The position numbers were made by a program, and so were the translations under genes. Shown in pieces: positions 7,388-16,706 of a DNA stretch of 24,000 bases; position 1 is the stretch's first letter, and each line of letters starts with the position of its first letter. Location of the stretch: sequence record OY979424.1; one strand, written 5' to 3'. Below the pieces are notes generated by a model. That model was given only the letters and a program-made list of their open reading frames with translations. It did not search any database and was not told the DNA's origin. This stretch comes from Klebsiella phage vB_Ko_K41P2.

Positions 7388-7958
7388 AGAAAATGATCTC
7401 TATGTTTCTGCATTTGGCCTACTCACGTATCACAGTATGTCGGCTGGATACGGGAAAGAGTTCGATTTTGTAGCAAGCGTTAAACGACATTTGGAACGCA
7501 GCGGCGGGTTGTCTATTCCGCGCCAAATCCATTATGTTTGTAAAGAAGGGGTGTTTTTGAATGGTGTTCCTCATGTGATCCCTTTCAACGTGTTTGAAAA
7601 CTATTTTACAAAATACGTTGTTCAACAAACGGAGACGACATCCGAGAATACTGCAACGCGAGAAGAAACGGCGATCGTACTTGATAAGTTTTTCGAAATC
7701 GCTCATAAAGTGAAGAAACGCACGAAGAGTGATGTGGTTCATCACCTATCAGCGGAAGTTGGCGAGATCAGCGAATGCCTCATTCAGCCTCAACGCGGCG
7801 GTAATATCGTTGAAGAAAGTGTTGATGCGATTGTGTGCGCACTTGATGTGATTTACCTGGAACTGGGTACTACTCACGGACGGTACGAAATTGCAAAAAT
7901 TATCAACGAAATGCTTGCAGAAAAATTAGATAAGTGGTATCGTACTTGTAAACCTTGA
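7374..7958 (+). CDS. MazG-like nucleotide pyrophosphohydrolase domain protein with extra N-terminal region
   Basis: C-terminal HHLSAEVGEISECLIQPQRGGNIVEESVDAIVCALDVIYLE has the ExxE...ExxD pattern of the MazG/all-alpha NTP-PPase fold. Confidence 0.75.
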   Translation: MNLYKENDLYVSAFGLLTYHSMSAGYGKEFDFVASVKRHLERSGGLSIPRQIHYVCKEGVFLNGVPHVIPFNVFENYFTKYVVQQTETTSENTATREETAIVLDKFFEIAHKVKKRTKSDVVHHLSAEVGEISECLIQPQRGGNIVEESVDAIVCALDVIYLELGTTHGRYEIAKIINEMLAEKLDKWYRTCKP

Positions 7959-7980
7959 GTTTACTTGTGAGGATTATATC

Positions 7981-8421
7981 ATGTTCGTATATCGTGTGGA
8001 ATTTTCTTGTTCTTTCTGGAATGATTGTACAGAAAAATGGCAAACAAAAAGCGGCCCATATGTCAATCGTTATGTGTCAATGGATACCGCTGAATGGCTG
8101 GATCAATTCTGTATGAATCCTGATATCTATATTGATATGGATGATAACCGACATCCAGCACCGGATGACGATAATCGATTGATGCGCAACCTTGAAAAAG
8201 ATAACATAGACTTTCAAGCGGCTGGGTTATACTTTGGTTTTCAGTCAATACAGCGCCTTTCTCGTTGGTTCAATGCATATGAACGCGAGTACATGCACAA
8301 TGTTGGTTTCGTCTGCATGGTATACGAAGTTGAAAAGTTGTATCCGGGCGCACGTCAATGTGTTTTTGACATAGACAAAGCCCGTTTAGTTAAGATGTTA
8401 AGTTTAAAAGAGATTTATTAA
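7981..8421 (+). CDS. hypothetical acidic protein
   Basis: 146 aa ORF with GAGG SD; TAATG overlap with next ORF. Confidence 0.85.
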   Translation: MFVYRVEFSCSFWNDCTEKWQTKSGPYVNRYVSMDTAEWLDQFCMNPDIYIDMDDNRHPAPDDDNRLMRNLEKDNIDFQAAGLYFGFQSIQRLSRWFNAYEREYMHNVGFVCMVYEVEKLYPGARQCVFDIDKARLVKMLSLKEIY

Positions 8422-8585
8422 TGCCTACCTATACCTATAAATGCACCAAGTGTAATAAAGAATTTCCAAAAATGGCAAGCATTGCTACCCGTGATGCACC
8501 GAAAGATTGCGATTGCGGAGGCGAAGCAAAACGAACGGTTGATAAACCTCAAATGGTTCGTGATGGTTTCCCTTATAACAAGTAA
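8421..8585 (+). CDS. small zinc-ribbon protein (FmdB-like), absent from the supplied track
   Basis: Manual translation: MPTYTYKCTKCNKEFPKMASIATRDAPKDCDCGGEAKRTVDKPQMVRDGFPYNK* (54 aa); CxxC...CxC; starts on the previous stop (TAATG). Confidence 0.85.
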   Translation: MPTYTYKCTKCNKEFPKMASIATRDAPKDCDCGGEAKRTVDKPQMVRDGFPYNK

Positions 8586-8608
8586 ACCCCGAAAGGGGTT
8601 TTCTTTTT
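8584..8608 (+). terminator. rho-independent terminator with GAAA tetraloop
   Basis: AAACCCC-GAAA-GGGGTTT followed by TCTTTTT. Confidence 0.85.
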
Positions 8609-8620
8609 CATAGAACCCTA

Positions 8621-8626
8621 TATAAT
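8621..8626 (+). promoter_or_regulatory. candidate -10 box of promoter for the topoisomerase operon
   Basis: Perfect TATAAT 27 nt before ATG 8653; the -35 region falls in the terminator T tract and is weak. Confidence 0.45.
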
Positions 8627-8652
8627 GTCAGTGATTAAACAAAGAGGTGAAT

Positions 8653-10551
8653 ATGAGTTTAGATTTTCTTCTGGCAGATGATGAACCAGAACAGAAACCA
8701 CAACCAGCCAAAAAAGGCGCAAAGGTTGACGAATCATTTTGTATGAGCGATCGCGATCATATTCGGTTGCGTCCAAATATGTACGTCGGATCGGTTAACA
8801 AAGAAGCGCATGAACGTTTCATAATGGGCCAATATCGCAAGGTTGAGTACGTGGAAGGGTTGGTTAAAATCATCAACGAAATCCTTGATAACTCGATTGA
8901 TGAAGCGATCCGAACTGAATTCAAACATGCTAATAAGATTGATGTAACCATTGATCATAATCTGGTTAAAATCTCTGATAACGGGCGCGGTATTCCCCAG
9001 GATGATGTAAAAACCCCAGATGGGAAAATAGTTCCTAAACCAGTTGCGGCATGGACTATGGCAAAATCGGGTTCTAACTTCGATGATAAAAACCGCGTAA
9101 CGATGGGTATGAATGGTGTTGGTTCTTTCCTGACAAACTGTTATAGCTCGATTTTTATTGGCGAGACTGCAAACGGGAAACGCAAAGTAACCATTAACTG
9201 TACGGACGGCGCACAGAACATCGATTACCGAACCAGCCCCAGTAAAGAACAGGGTACTACTGTTAAGTTTACTCCAGACTTCTCTATGTTTGGTGTAACT
9301 GGTATCGATGAAGAAACCAAAGAAGTGATTAAGGATCGCTTAATGGCCCTTGCCGTTGCTTTCCCGTCTGTGAAATTCACATATAACGGCGAAACGCTCT
9401 CTAATCGCTTCCCGCTGTACGCTTCCATGTATGGGGATAAAACCATTGTCCAGACAAATAATCGTCTCAGCTTCATTCTGGCGAGCACTGAGGACGGGTT
9501 TAAACAGAAATCCTTTGTTAACGGTCTGGATACGAAAAACGGCGGTGTTCATGTTGAGTGTATGATCGATGGTATCTATTCTGAACTTGAACCCATGATC
9601 AAGAAAAAGCACAGTATCGAGATCCCGAAAGCACGTGTAAAAGAATGCTTAACTCTTGTGGTATTCCTGCATAACTTTAATGCACCTGCATTCGATAGCC
9701 AAACAAAAGAGCGATTAGCAAATACAGCAGGTGAGTTTAACAATCATGCGAATTTGAACTACAAAAAGATCGCAAAAATGATTATGGATACCCCAGAAAT
9801 CATTACTCCGATCATTGAATCCGCATTGATTCGTAAACAAGCAGCAGAAGCCGCCGCGATCACCAAAGCGAAAAAGAAAGCGAAAAAGGCAAAAATTGCT
9901 AAACACGTTCCGGCTTCCGGTATTGATACCCCTGGGGTAGAAACAACATTGTTTCTGACAGAGGGTGATTCCGCTGTTGGTCAGTTCATCGAATGCCGTA
10001 ATGAAGAAACACAAGGCGCTTTCCCGCTACGTGGTAAGCCTCTGAATACATGGGGTATGAGTTTTACAGACATTATCAAAAACAAAGAACTGTTTGAGCT
10101 AATGGCTATCCTCAATATTCATCCTGGTGATACTTCCGGAATGACTTATGATAATATCGGTATCATGGTCGATGCTGACGTTGACGGCGGCGACATTTTA
10201 ACCCTGTTGCTTGCATTCTTTAGTCGTTGGCCTTCTTTGTTCACAGAGAAACGGATCCGATATATTCGAACCCCGATCGTTATCGCTAAAGTTGGGCGCG
10301 AGGAAAAATGGTTCTATTCTCTTGATGAGTTTGCACCGTTCCGCGATAAAGCAAAAGATGTACGATATATCAAGGGGCTGGGTTCTTTACGCAAAGAAGA
10401 TTACGATCGTGTTCTGGGTGATCAGTTGAAGTATGATGTCATCGTACTTGACGACGAATACAAAGAAGTGTTAGAACTATGCTTCGGCGACGAATCTGAT
10501 CCGCGTAAAGATTGGGTTAATGGAAAACACAAATTTTCTAAGGTTGACTAA
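8653..10551 (+). CDS. 39: DNA topoisomerase II large subunit (T4 gp39+gp60 equivalent, single ORF)
   Basis: GHKL ATPase EILDNSIDEAI, ISDNGRGIP, MGMNGVGSFLTN; TOPRIM TLFLTEGDSAVGQF and GIMVDADVDGG; start moved from GTG 8647 to ATG 8653. Confidence 0.96.
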   Translation: MSLDFLLADDEPEQKPQPAKKGAKVDESFCMSDRDHIRLRPNMYVGSVNKEAHERFIMGQYRKVEYVEGLVKIINEILDNSIDEAIRTEFKHANKIDVTIDHNLVKISDNGRGIPQDDVKTPDGKIVPKPVAAWTMAKSGSNFDDKNRVTMGMNGVGSFLTNCYSSIFIGETANGKRKVTINCTDGAQNIDYRTSPSKEQGTTVKFTPDFSMFGVTGIDEETKEVIKDRLMALAVAFPSVKFTYNGETLSNRFPLYASMYGDKTIVQTNNRLSFILASTEDGFKQKSFVNGLDTKNGGVHVECMIDGIYSELEPMIKKKHSIEIPKARVKECLTLVVFLHNFNAPAFDSQTKERLANTAGEFNNHANLNYKKIAKMIMDTPEIITPIIESALIRKQAAEAAAITKAKKKAKKAKIAKHVPASGIDTPGVETTLFLTEGDSAVGQFIECRNEETQGAFPLRGKPLNTWGMSFTDIIKNKELFELMAILNIHPGDTSGMTYDNIGIMVDADVDGGDILTLLLAFFSRWPSLFTEKRIRYIRTPIVIAKVGREEKWFYSLDEFAPFRDKAKDVRYIKGLGSLRKEDYDRVLGDQLKYDVIVLDDEYKEVLELCFGDESDPRKDWVNGKHKFSKVD

Positions 10552-11837
10552 TGGAAAGAAGTATTAAAGATGTTGTACAGGTGGAAGGACTAACGTTTGC
10601 CCTTTACACGATTTATTCACGTGCGATCCCGCACCTGGTAGACGGGTTTAAACCCGTTCACCGTTTCTTTATTCACTCTGCTATGCAGGGCGGAACGGGA
10701 TTTCAGAAAGTAGCTTCTATCGCTGGCGGTGTTGCTATGTATGGGTATCACCACGGGGAAACCTCTGTAGAAGAAGCGTTATCCCTTATGGCGGCGCACT
10801 GGTGCAATAACATTCCGTTATTCGACCGTGATGGGTTCTTTGGTTCCCGTTTGGTTAAGAAACCTGGCGCACCTCGTTACATCAAGTGCAAACTATCGCC
10901 AATATTCAAAGCAATTTATATGGATGGTGATTTAACGCCAGTTCATGAAGATCCGGAACATGTGCCGCCAGCTTACTATCTCCCGATCATTCCGATGGTA
11001 CTGGTTAACGGGTTTAGCGGGATTGCAAAAGCATATGCAACAAACATTCCGCCTCATGATCCTAAATCGGTTGTTAACGGGTGTATTGCATATCTGAATG
11101 ATAAAGATTTCACACTGGATCTGAAATACCCTTACTTTAAAGGTGAAATCACAGACGGTACAATTTACGGCACGTATGAATTGCAAGGTAAAACCAAATT
11201 GGTGATCACCGAGATCCCAGTGAAATATGACCGTGTGAAATACATTGCAATCCTTGACAAGCTGGAAGAAAAAGGCGTTATCGTTAGCTACAAGGATCTA
11301 TCGAAAGAAGATTTTCGTTATGAAGTAACGCTCAAGCGAGAGTATGCCAACGGGTTAACCCGCGAAAAGATCCTGAAAGATTTCGGTTTGATTGAAAACT
11401 CAAACCCAAACATTAACGTTATCTTTGAGGGTAAACTATACTCATACGAACGCCCTGAAACGCTTCTAAAGGATTTTGTTGATATCCGTATGAATGTATA
11501 TCAACAGCGCATCAATAAGCGTATCCAGGAGACTAAGGAAGCGTTAGATAAAGCACTGGCAAAGGTTGCGTTTATTGCTCAAATGGTAGAATCTCCTGAT
11601 TCTCTGCGTGGCCTTAGTCGCAGCGAAGCGGTTAAATTTGTGTCTACGTGGATAGGTTGCGAGAATCATGCCGAAATGTTAGTGGCTATGAACATCTACC
11701 ATCTAACCACGGACGAAAGCAAAAAGCTGGAAGATGAAGCCGAAGAGTTGCGTAAACAGTTGAAATACTGGGAAGAAACAACCCCTAAAATTGAGTATCT
11801 CAATGATTTAAAAGAACTTTCTAAGAAATTGAAATAA
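10551..11837 (+). CDS. 52: DNA topoisomerase II medium subunit (T4 gp52-like)
   Basis: GyrA/ParC-like YTIYSRAIPHLVDGFKPVHRFFIHSA, MYGYHHGETSVEEAL, GFFGSRLVKKPGAPRYI, FSGIAKAYATNIPPHDP. Confidence 0.95.
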   Translation: MERSIKDVVQVEGLTFALYTIYSRAIPHLVDGFKPVHRFFIHSAMQGGTGFQKVASIAGGVAMYGYHHGETSVEEALSLMAAHWCNNIPLFDRDGFFGSRLVKKPGAPRYIKCKLSPIFKAIYMDGDLTPVHEDPEHVPPAYYLPIIPMVLVNGFSGIAKAYATNIPPHDPKSVVNGCIAYLNDKDFTLDLKYPYFKGEITDGTIYGTYELQGKTKLVITEIPVKYDRVKYIAILDKLEEKGVIVSYKDLSKEDFRYEVTLKREYANGLTREKILKDFGLIENSNPNINVIFEGKLYSYERPETLLKDFVDIRMNVYQQRINKRIQETKEALDKALAKVAFIAQMVESPDSLRGLSRSEAVKFVSTWIGCENHAEMLVAMNIYHLTTDESKKLEDEAEELRKQLKYWEETTPKIEYLNDLKELSKKLK

Positions 11838-11844
11838 TTACAAA

Positions 11845-11870
11845 GCCTCTTGCAATGCAGGGGGCTTTTT
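11845..11870 (+). terminator. rho-independent terminator
   Basis: GCCTCTTGC-AAT-GCAGGGGGC (9 bp with wobbles) followed by TTTTT. Confidence 0.85.
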
Positions 11871-11878
11871 GCTATATT
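11850..11878 (+). promoter_or_regulatory. sigma70-like promoter embedded in terminator
   Basis: TTGCAA (11850-11855) - 17 nt - TATATT (11873-11878). Confidence 0.6.
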
Positions 11879-11908
11879 GGTTTTGTACCAAGCAAAGGAG
11901 ATTCTAAA

Positions 11909-12463
11909 ATGTTGAAAACTCGTAGTGCAATGGAAGTAACCCACTGGGCGCGTACCATGATGGAAAAACACGGTTTGATCAGTAATGGTTGGACATTCCG
12001 GATCAATGGACGCATTACAAAAACTCTGGGCCGTTGCAGTTATACCAAAAAATTGATCGAACTATCTGGTCGTCATGTTGCGGAAGATATCTACGAGGAT
12101 ATTTTAGACACTCTTTTACACGAAATCGCTCATGCTCTTGTCGGGCGCGGTTATGAACATGGTAAAGTGTGGCAAGCTATGGCCTTGCGCCTGGGTGCTA
12201 AACCTTCACCGAGTAAAACAACTACAAAGGATGCTAATCTGGTTGATAAGAATGAGATCCTTTACTGTTTGTTCATGAAAGATTATCAAGGCCGTGAAGT
12301 CTATCAGGCTAAAGCTGATAAGAAGTTTTATAATGATGTGATGAACGGTGTTAAGGATATGAAAAACATTTGGATCAGTGGGCGCAAGGCATACACAAAA
12401 GGCCGTCTGTATATCCGTCCAGTAACCCATGAAGAACTTGCGTACATTCGCAAAGAGGGGTAA
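11909..12463 (+). CDS. SprT-like zinc metalloprotease-domain protein
   Basis: HExxH in LDTLLHEIAHALVGRGYEHGKVWQAMALRLG; SD AAAGGAG before ATG 11909; upstream ORF part is terminator/promoter. Confidence 0.8.
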   Translation: MLKTRSAMEVTHWARTMMEKHGLISNGWTFRINGRITKTLGRCSYTKKLIELSGRHVAEDIYEDILDTLLHEIAHALVGRGYEHGKVWQAMALRLGAKPSPSKTTTKDANLVDKNEILYCLFMKDYQGREVYQAKADKKFYNDVMNGVKDMKNIWISGRKAYTKGRLYIRPVTHEELAYIRKEG

Positions 12464-12466
12464 GGT

Positions 12467-12703
12467 ATGACACGTTATAATGCGCCTAAGTTGGGAAAAT
12501 ATCTGACCATATTCGGATTTTGTGCGTTCTTTTCTATCATTATTGGGGCTATCGTGTGGGGTATCATTGATATGAAGAAACAGCAGGTCGAGGAAGAAAA
12601 ATTAGTAAAATTCCTTGACACTTATTGCGAAGTAGTAGAATATGGCCTGAACAAAAAGCCAACGAAGTACTCTTGTGACCAAGTTATTTTTAATGTTAAG
12701 TGA
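12467..12703 (+). CDS. hypothetical small membrane protein
   Basis: TM stretch YLTIFGFCAFFSIIIGAIVWGII. Confidence 0.75.
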   Translation: MTRYNAPKLGKYLTIFGFCAFFSIIIGAIVWGIIDMKKQQVEEEKLVKFLDTYCEVVEYGLNKKPTKYSCDQVIFNVK

Positions 12704-12713
12704 GAAATAAACA

Positions 12714-14975
12714 ATGAAATTACGCGAAGATACACCGCAAACAATCTACCGAGTTGGTACAGATACCAGCAAGGGACGAAACAAACTATCTCTACGCGCA
12801 AACAAGAAAGCGTATAAGATCCTTTCTTCGACAGTATACAAATACAAGATCCGCGCAATCATTCGTGAACTGTCTTGTAATGCGATCGATGGACACAAAG
12901 AAGCGGGAAATCAGAACCCGTTTGATGTCCAGTTGCCAACTGCTGTTGATCCTCGTTTTGTTATTCGTGACTACGGGATCGGTATGTCTCCTGATTTCGT
13001 TAGTGATGCGTTTACCGTTTACTTCGAATCAACTAAAAATGATTCAAACGACCTGATCGGTTCTATGGGTCTGGGTTGCAAATCTCCGCTTTGCTATGCC
13101 GATGCTTTTACGGTTGAATCTGTAAAAGACGGTATCAAATGCGGTTACACAATCTATATGGATGATGGGGAACCGTTCTGCGATCCTCTGTATGAGATTG
13201 AAAGCGATGAACCTAACGGGGTTACTATCACCGTTCCGGTTAAGGTTGAAGATATCAAAGAATGGGAAAACGAAGCAGCAAGGGTATACGAATCATTTAC
13301 TGATATTCGTCCTAACTTTGTTGGTGCTTCTATTCTCAAAATCAACTATCAGCCGAAAGAAGCAACCAACGATAGCGGGGTGATCCGTCATAAATCAGCA
13401 TACACTAGCGGTGTATATGCTCGCATGGGTAACATCATTTATCCTCTGGATAAAGATTTGTATGATACCTCGATGTTCTATTGCTATACAGAAAGCCAGT
13501 ATACGTATATTATTGACTTCCCGATCGGTGAACTTGATTTCATGCCTTCTCGCGAAGAGTTGAGTATGGATAAAATGACAGTAGGGATTGTTAAAGAACG
13601 TCTGAAACAAATCAGCCGGGTATATTTCAATCGAGTTAAATCAGAATTCGATAAGTTACAAACCGTTCGTGATAAACTGACGTGGTTCCATTCTCTGCCT
13701 TCAATGGTACAAAACTTTGTTGGTAAAGATGCTAATTTTCGCATCAACGGTGATTCTATTGGCTGGATCCATAGCGAACTAGTCAAACCCAACAAATATA
13801 ATGATGATTATATTGCTGGGTATTGGGCGAACGAATACGACGGTAAAGATGCATGGTATCAGGTAACGGGTAGCGGAGGCCGCTGGAGCAAGTATAAGCC
13901 AGAAACAACCAAGCGCCAGGACATCACACGCATTTATTATCCGTGGAAACAGAAGAAACTCATTCTGTTAAAAGTGGATACCAACACGGTTAAACCGTAT
14001 ATCGTCGGGTATGCTAAAATGCATAACCTAAGCCGTGTTAGCTTTGTTGCATATTACGATAGTGATTCAAAGCGTGAGATTGTTAATGATATCGTTCGGA
14101 AAGGTCATTTTGATGAATCGGAAATTGTGTATCTCCGTACCAGTGAAATGACAAAAGAAAAAGAGATCTATGATGCAGATCGCGAAAAATCAAAAGCGCT
14201 ATATGCACCGAAAAATTCAGAACCGCGCCCAAAAACCCCGACCGTATATCGTTATGAGTTGGATAGTAACGGCAATCTGGCAAAAACTTCTCTGTTTATG
14301 ACAAAATCAGAGTTTTTATCACTGGATAAAGCCCCAGGTGTTCGGTTGTATGGTATTGATGAATATAGCCGCTTAGATGGTGAAAATTCCAGGTTGTCTA
14401 TGGATTCAGCAATGAAAGAATCTACTTTATCGCGTATCATGCGCCATACTGGAATCCCTGTTGTGTTTGCTATCCGTAACAGCCTCTGGAAGTGGATCCC
14501 GGATTCAAATCTGGTATGCTTTGATGATATGCTGTGCAAGCAGTATGTTAAATCCGAAAAGGCATTGAAAGATAATTGCTTGCCTGGATGGATTGGCAAG
14601 GAACACTCAACAGAAACAAACGCATTGCATAGCCGTTTTGGTGTATCGCTTGATCGGATTGTGAAAAACCGATATAATGAAAAACTGTATAAGATTGTTG
14701 ATACCCTCGAACGTATAGTGTGTCTGGAAGGGTATGAGAAAGATGGTAAAAATCTTTCCAGGGCGCGTTGTCCGATTCTGCGTGAATCTGTAGCATCAAT
14801 GCGCGTTAAACGCAGCAATATGAAAAAACGTGTTGATCAGGCATGGGAAATCTTTAAATCACTAAACCCGTTACTGGCTTCACTTGTTGAACATAGCGAT
14901 TCTTATTCAATTCGTCCGATTTACAACAACGAAAAGAATCTCAGTGAGTTTAAGAAATTAATACGGTGGAAATAA
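12714..14975 (+). CDS. rIIA: rIIA-like protein (GHKL ATPase-like)
   Basis: IRAIIRELSCNAIDGHKEAGNQNPFDVQLPTAVDPRFVIRDYGIGMS, DLIGSMGLGCKSPLCYADAF, YIIDFPIGELDFMPSREELSMD; collinear with T4 rIIA. Confidence 0.96.
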   Translation: MKLREDTPQTIYRVGTDTSKGRNKLSLRANKKAYKILSSTVYKYKIRAIIRELSCNAIDGHKEAGNQNPFDVQLPTAVDPRFVIRDYGIGMSPDFVSDAFTVYFESTKNDSNDLIGSMGLGCKSPLCYADAFTVESVKDGIKCGYTIYMDDGEPFCDPLYEIESDEPNGVTITVPVKVEDIKEWENEAARVYESFTDIRPNFVGASILKINYQPKEATNDSGVIRHKSAYTSGVYARMGNIIYPLDKDLYDTSMFYCYTESQYTYIIDFPIGELDFMPSREELSMDKMTVGIVKERLKQISRVYFNRVKSEFDKLQTVRDKLTWFHSLPSMVQNFVGKDANFRINGDSIGWIHSELVKPNKYNDDYIAGYWANEYDGKDAWYQVTGSGGRWSKYKPETTKRQDITRIYYPWKQKKLILLKVDTNTVKPYIVGYAKMHNLSRVSFVAYYDSDSKREIVNDIVRKGHFDESEIVYLRTSEMTKEKEIYDADREKSKALYAPKNSEPRPKTPTVYRYELDSNGNLAKTSLFMTKSEFLSLDKAPGVRLYGIDEYSRLDGENSRLSMDSAMKESTLSRIMRHTGIPVVFAIRNSLWKWIPDSNLVCFDDMLCKQYVKSEKALKDNCLPGWIGKEHSTETNALHSRFGVSLDRIVKNRYNEKLYKIVDTLERIVCLEGYEKDGKNLSRARCPILRESVASMRVKRSNMKKRVDQAWEIFKSLNPLLASLVEHSDSYSIRPIYNNEKNLSEFKKLIRWK

Positions 14976-15874
14976 TGGTCAAAATTCTTGACGAAGTACA
15001 ACAGAAAGCTATCTATAATGGATGGTTGACGGGGGCAAGTAAAACAGCACTGGCCCAACAGTTCAACGTAAGCGCCCGAACCATTGGGCGCGTTATCAAC
15101 CGCAAGTTAGCGGAATTCCCTAAGAAAAGGGATGTAAAACAAAAGTCTAAAGTATCAGACACTGTACCGCGTATGATCGGTTCTGAATCGTTCATTACGG
15201 TTGTATACGAAGGTCGCGTTTTCATGGCGGGTGAAACACATCCGAACTTTAAGAAAGCGCATGAAATGCTGAAAGCTGGTGATGTCAAAGGTGCTGTAAC
15301 TTGTTTGGATACTCAAGAAGCGATCCGAACCTATAGCAAAGGCAACATTAAAATCATTGGTCATCAGCTTCTATATAAAGATGTAGTGTTTGATTCTGAT
15401 ATCACTCAACGAATCATTCGCGAAATGTATAACGATCGTCCGTATGAACACCTGGTAAACTTCTTTGAACGGTTGATGCGAAACCCTTCACGCGATGCGG
15501 TATACCAGCTTTACGGGTTCCTTGTACATAATGACATTGAACTGACCGATGATGGTTGTTTTCTTGCCTGGAAACGTGTACGCGATAACTATAAAGATCT
15601 CGCTACTGGCAAATTTGATAATAGTCCTGGTGTGACTGTCTCCATGCCTCGAAACATGGTAGACGAAGATAAAACGCGCACCTGTTCTACTGGCCTACAC
15701 GTTGCGGCTAAATCATACCTTCCACACTACGGGGGCGGTGTTGGTAGAGTCATTCAGGTAAAGGTGGATCCTGCTGACGTGGTAGCGATCCCAGTGGATT
15801 ACAATAACGCAAAAATGCGTGTATGCCGTTATAAAGTCATGATTGATGTTACATATGGTTTTAGCCATTACTAA
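14975..15874 (+). CDS. rIIB: rIIB-like protein
   Basis: N-terminal HTH-like region; NIKIIGHQLLYKDVVF, GCFLAWKRVRDNYKDLATGKFDNSPGVTVSMPRNMVDEDKTRTCSTGLHVAAKSYL; start on the rIIA stop (TAATG). Confidence 0.96.
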   Translation: MVKILDEVQQKAIYNGWLTGASKTALAQQFNVSARTIGRVINRKLAEFPKKRDVKQKSKVSDTVPRMIGSESFITVVYEGRVFMAGETHPNFKKAHEMLKAGDVKGAVTCLDTQEAIRTYSKGNIKIIGHQLLYKDVVFDSDITQRIIREMYNDRPYEHLVNFFERLMRNPSRDAVYQLYGFLVHNDIELTDDGCFLAWKRVRDNYKDLATGKFDNSPGVTVSMPRNMVDEDKTRTCSTGLHVAAKSYLPHYGGGVGRVIQVKVDPADVVAIPVDYNNAKMRVCRYKVMIDVTYGFSHY

Positions 15875-15884
15875 CTAAACAACC

Positions 15885-15906
15885 GCGCCTGGAGAGTTCT
15901 GGGCGC
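15885..15906 (+). other. short hairpin upstream of next RBS
   Basis: GCGCC-(12 nt)-GGCGC, no T tract. Confidence 0.35.
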
Positions 15907-15919
15907 ATAGGAGACTATC

Positions 15920-16294
15920 ATGAAATTTAAAAACATGCCTTCGGCTAACGAAACTCGCGCTAGTGGTGAATCTATTCTGAAAACTGCCCGTGAAATGTGG
16001 GCCGACGACCGGGTAGAATCCGGGAAAGGTTACGTATTTCGTAAAGGATTTGGTGCATTTTATGTTGCAACCACCTTTATAGTAGGGTATAGTTGTTTAG
16101 GAATCGCGTGGATGCAACGATATCTTGAACGTGCTGTTCTTTTTGTGATACGTTTTCTGTTTACATTGATCAGCGTAGTGATTAGCATCCCATTTCTGAG
16201 CATCGCCTTGTTTGTTAACGTAAAAACAGGCGAAATTACAAAATTAGGCAAACTGGTATCTAAAAAATATGAAAAGAATTCTGACAAGACTTGA
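15920..16294 (+). CDS. hypothetical membrane protein
   Basis: Hydrophobic segments GAFYVATTFIVGYSCLGIAWM, AVLFVIRFLFTLISVVISIPFLSIALFVNV; ATAGGAGACTATC-ATG. Confidence 0.85.
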   Translation: MKFKNMPSANETRASGESILKTAREMWADDRVESGKGYVFRKGFGAFYVATTFIVGYSCLGIAWMQRYLERAVLFVIRFLFTLISVVISIPFLSIALFVNVKTGEITKLGKLVSKKYEKNSDKT

Positions 16295-16326
16295 CATTCA
16301 CAAATATGCAATTAAAATTGGTGACA

Positions 16327-16706
16327 TGAAACGAGGAACCTTCAAGAAATTCGAAGGCGTGGATCTGAAAGAAAACGGGTTTTACCTGGTAGTTGATGAT
16401 AAAACAGGGCGCGTAGTATTCCGTTTCTACGTAGCACCAAATCAACGCCGTAAAACTGGTGCTAGTCGTACTCTGTTACGTATCAAGCGCCGCGAACACG
16501 AACCGTCTGCGATGGTTGCGATGCTGGAAAGTGCTTCTTTGTACTATGTAGCACATGACAAAATCAAAAACCTGTTCGGTTTCCCGAACCTCAACGGATC
16601 AACGTTCGAAAGTGCTATTCAAATGCGTTATGGTGCTGGTGAAAACTACACCGAGTGGAACCGCGCACTGAATGACATTTATGATTTTGAATTTCAACCA
16701 TATTGA
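16327..16706 (+). CDS. hypothetical basic protein (start could be 16269)
   Basis: 126 aa from ATG 16327; the listed start at 16269 overlaps a promoter-like TTGACA-16-TAAAAT. Confidence 0.7.

Noticed and set aside
8734-10014. Several minus-strand ORFs inside the topoisomerase gene (8734, 8757, 9340, 9715)
   Set aside because: Complementary to conserved coding sequence, no RBS pattern or recognisable domains.
14252-14818. 188 aa minus-strand ORF
   Set aside because: Fully antisense within rIIA, which is a clear homologue; a typical shadow ORF.
16290-16316. TTGACA-16-TAAAAT promoter-like sequence
   Set aside because: Reasonable match, but it overlaps the upstream gene's end and lacks any leader or terminator context; kept only as a reason to doubt the 16269 start.
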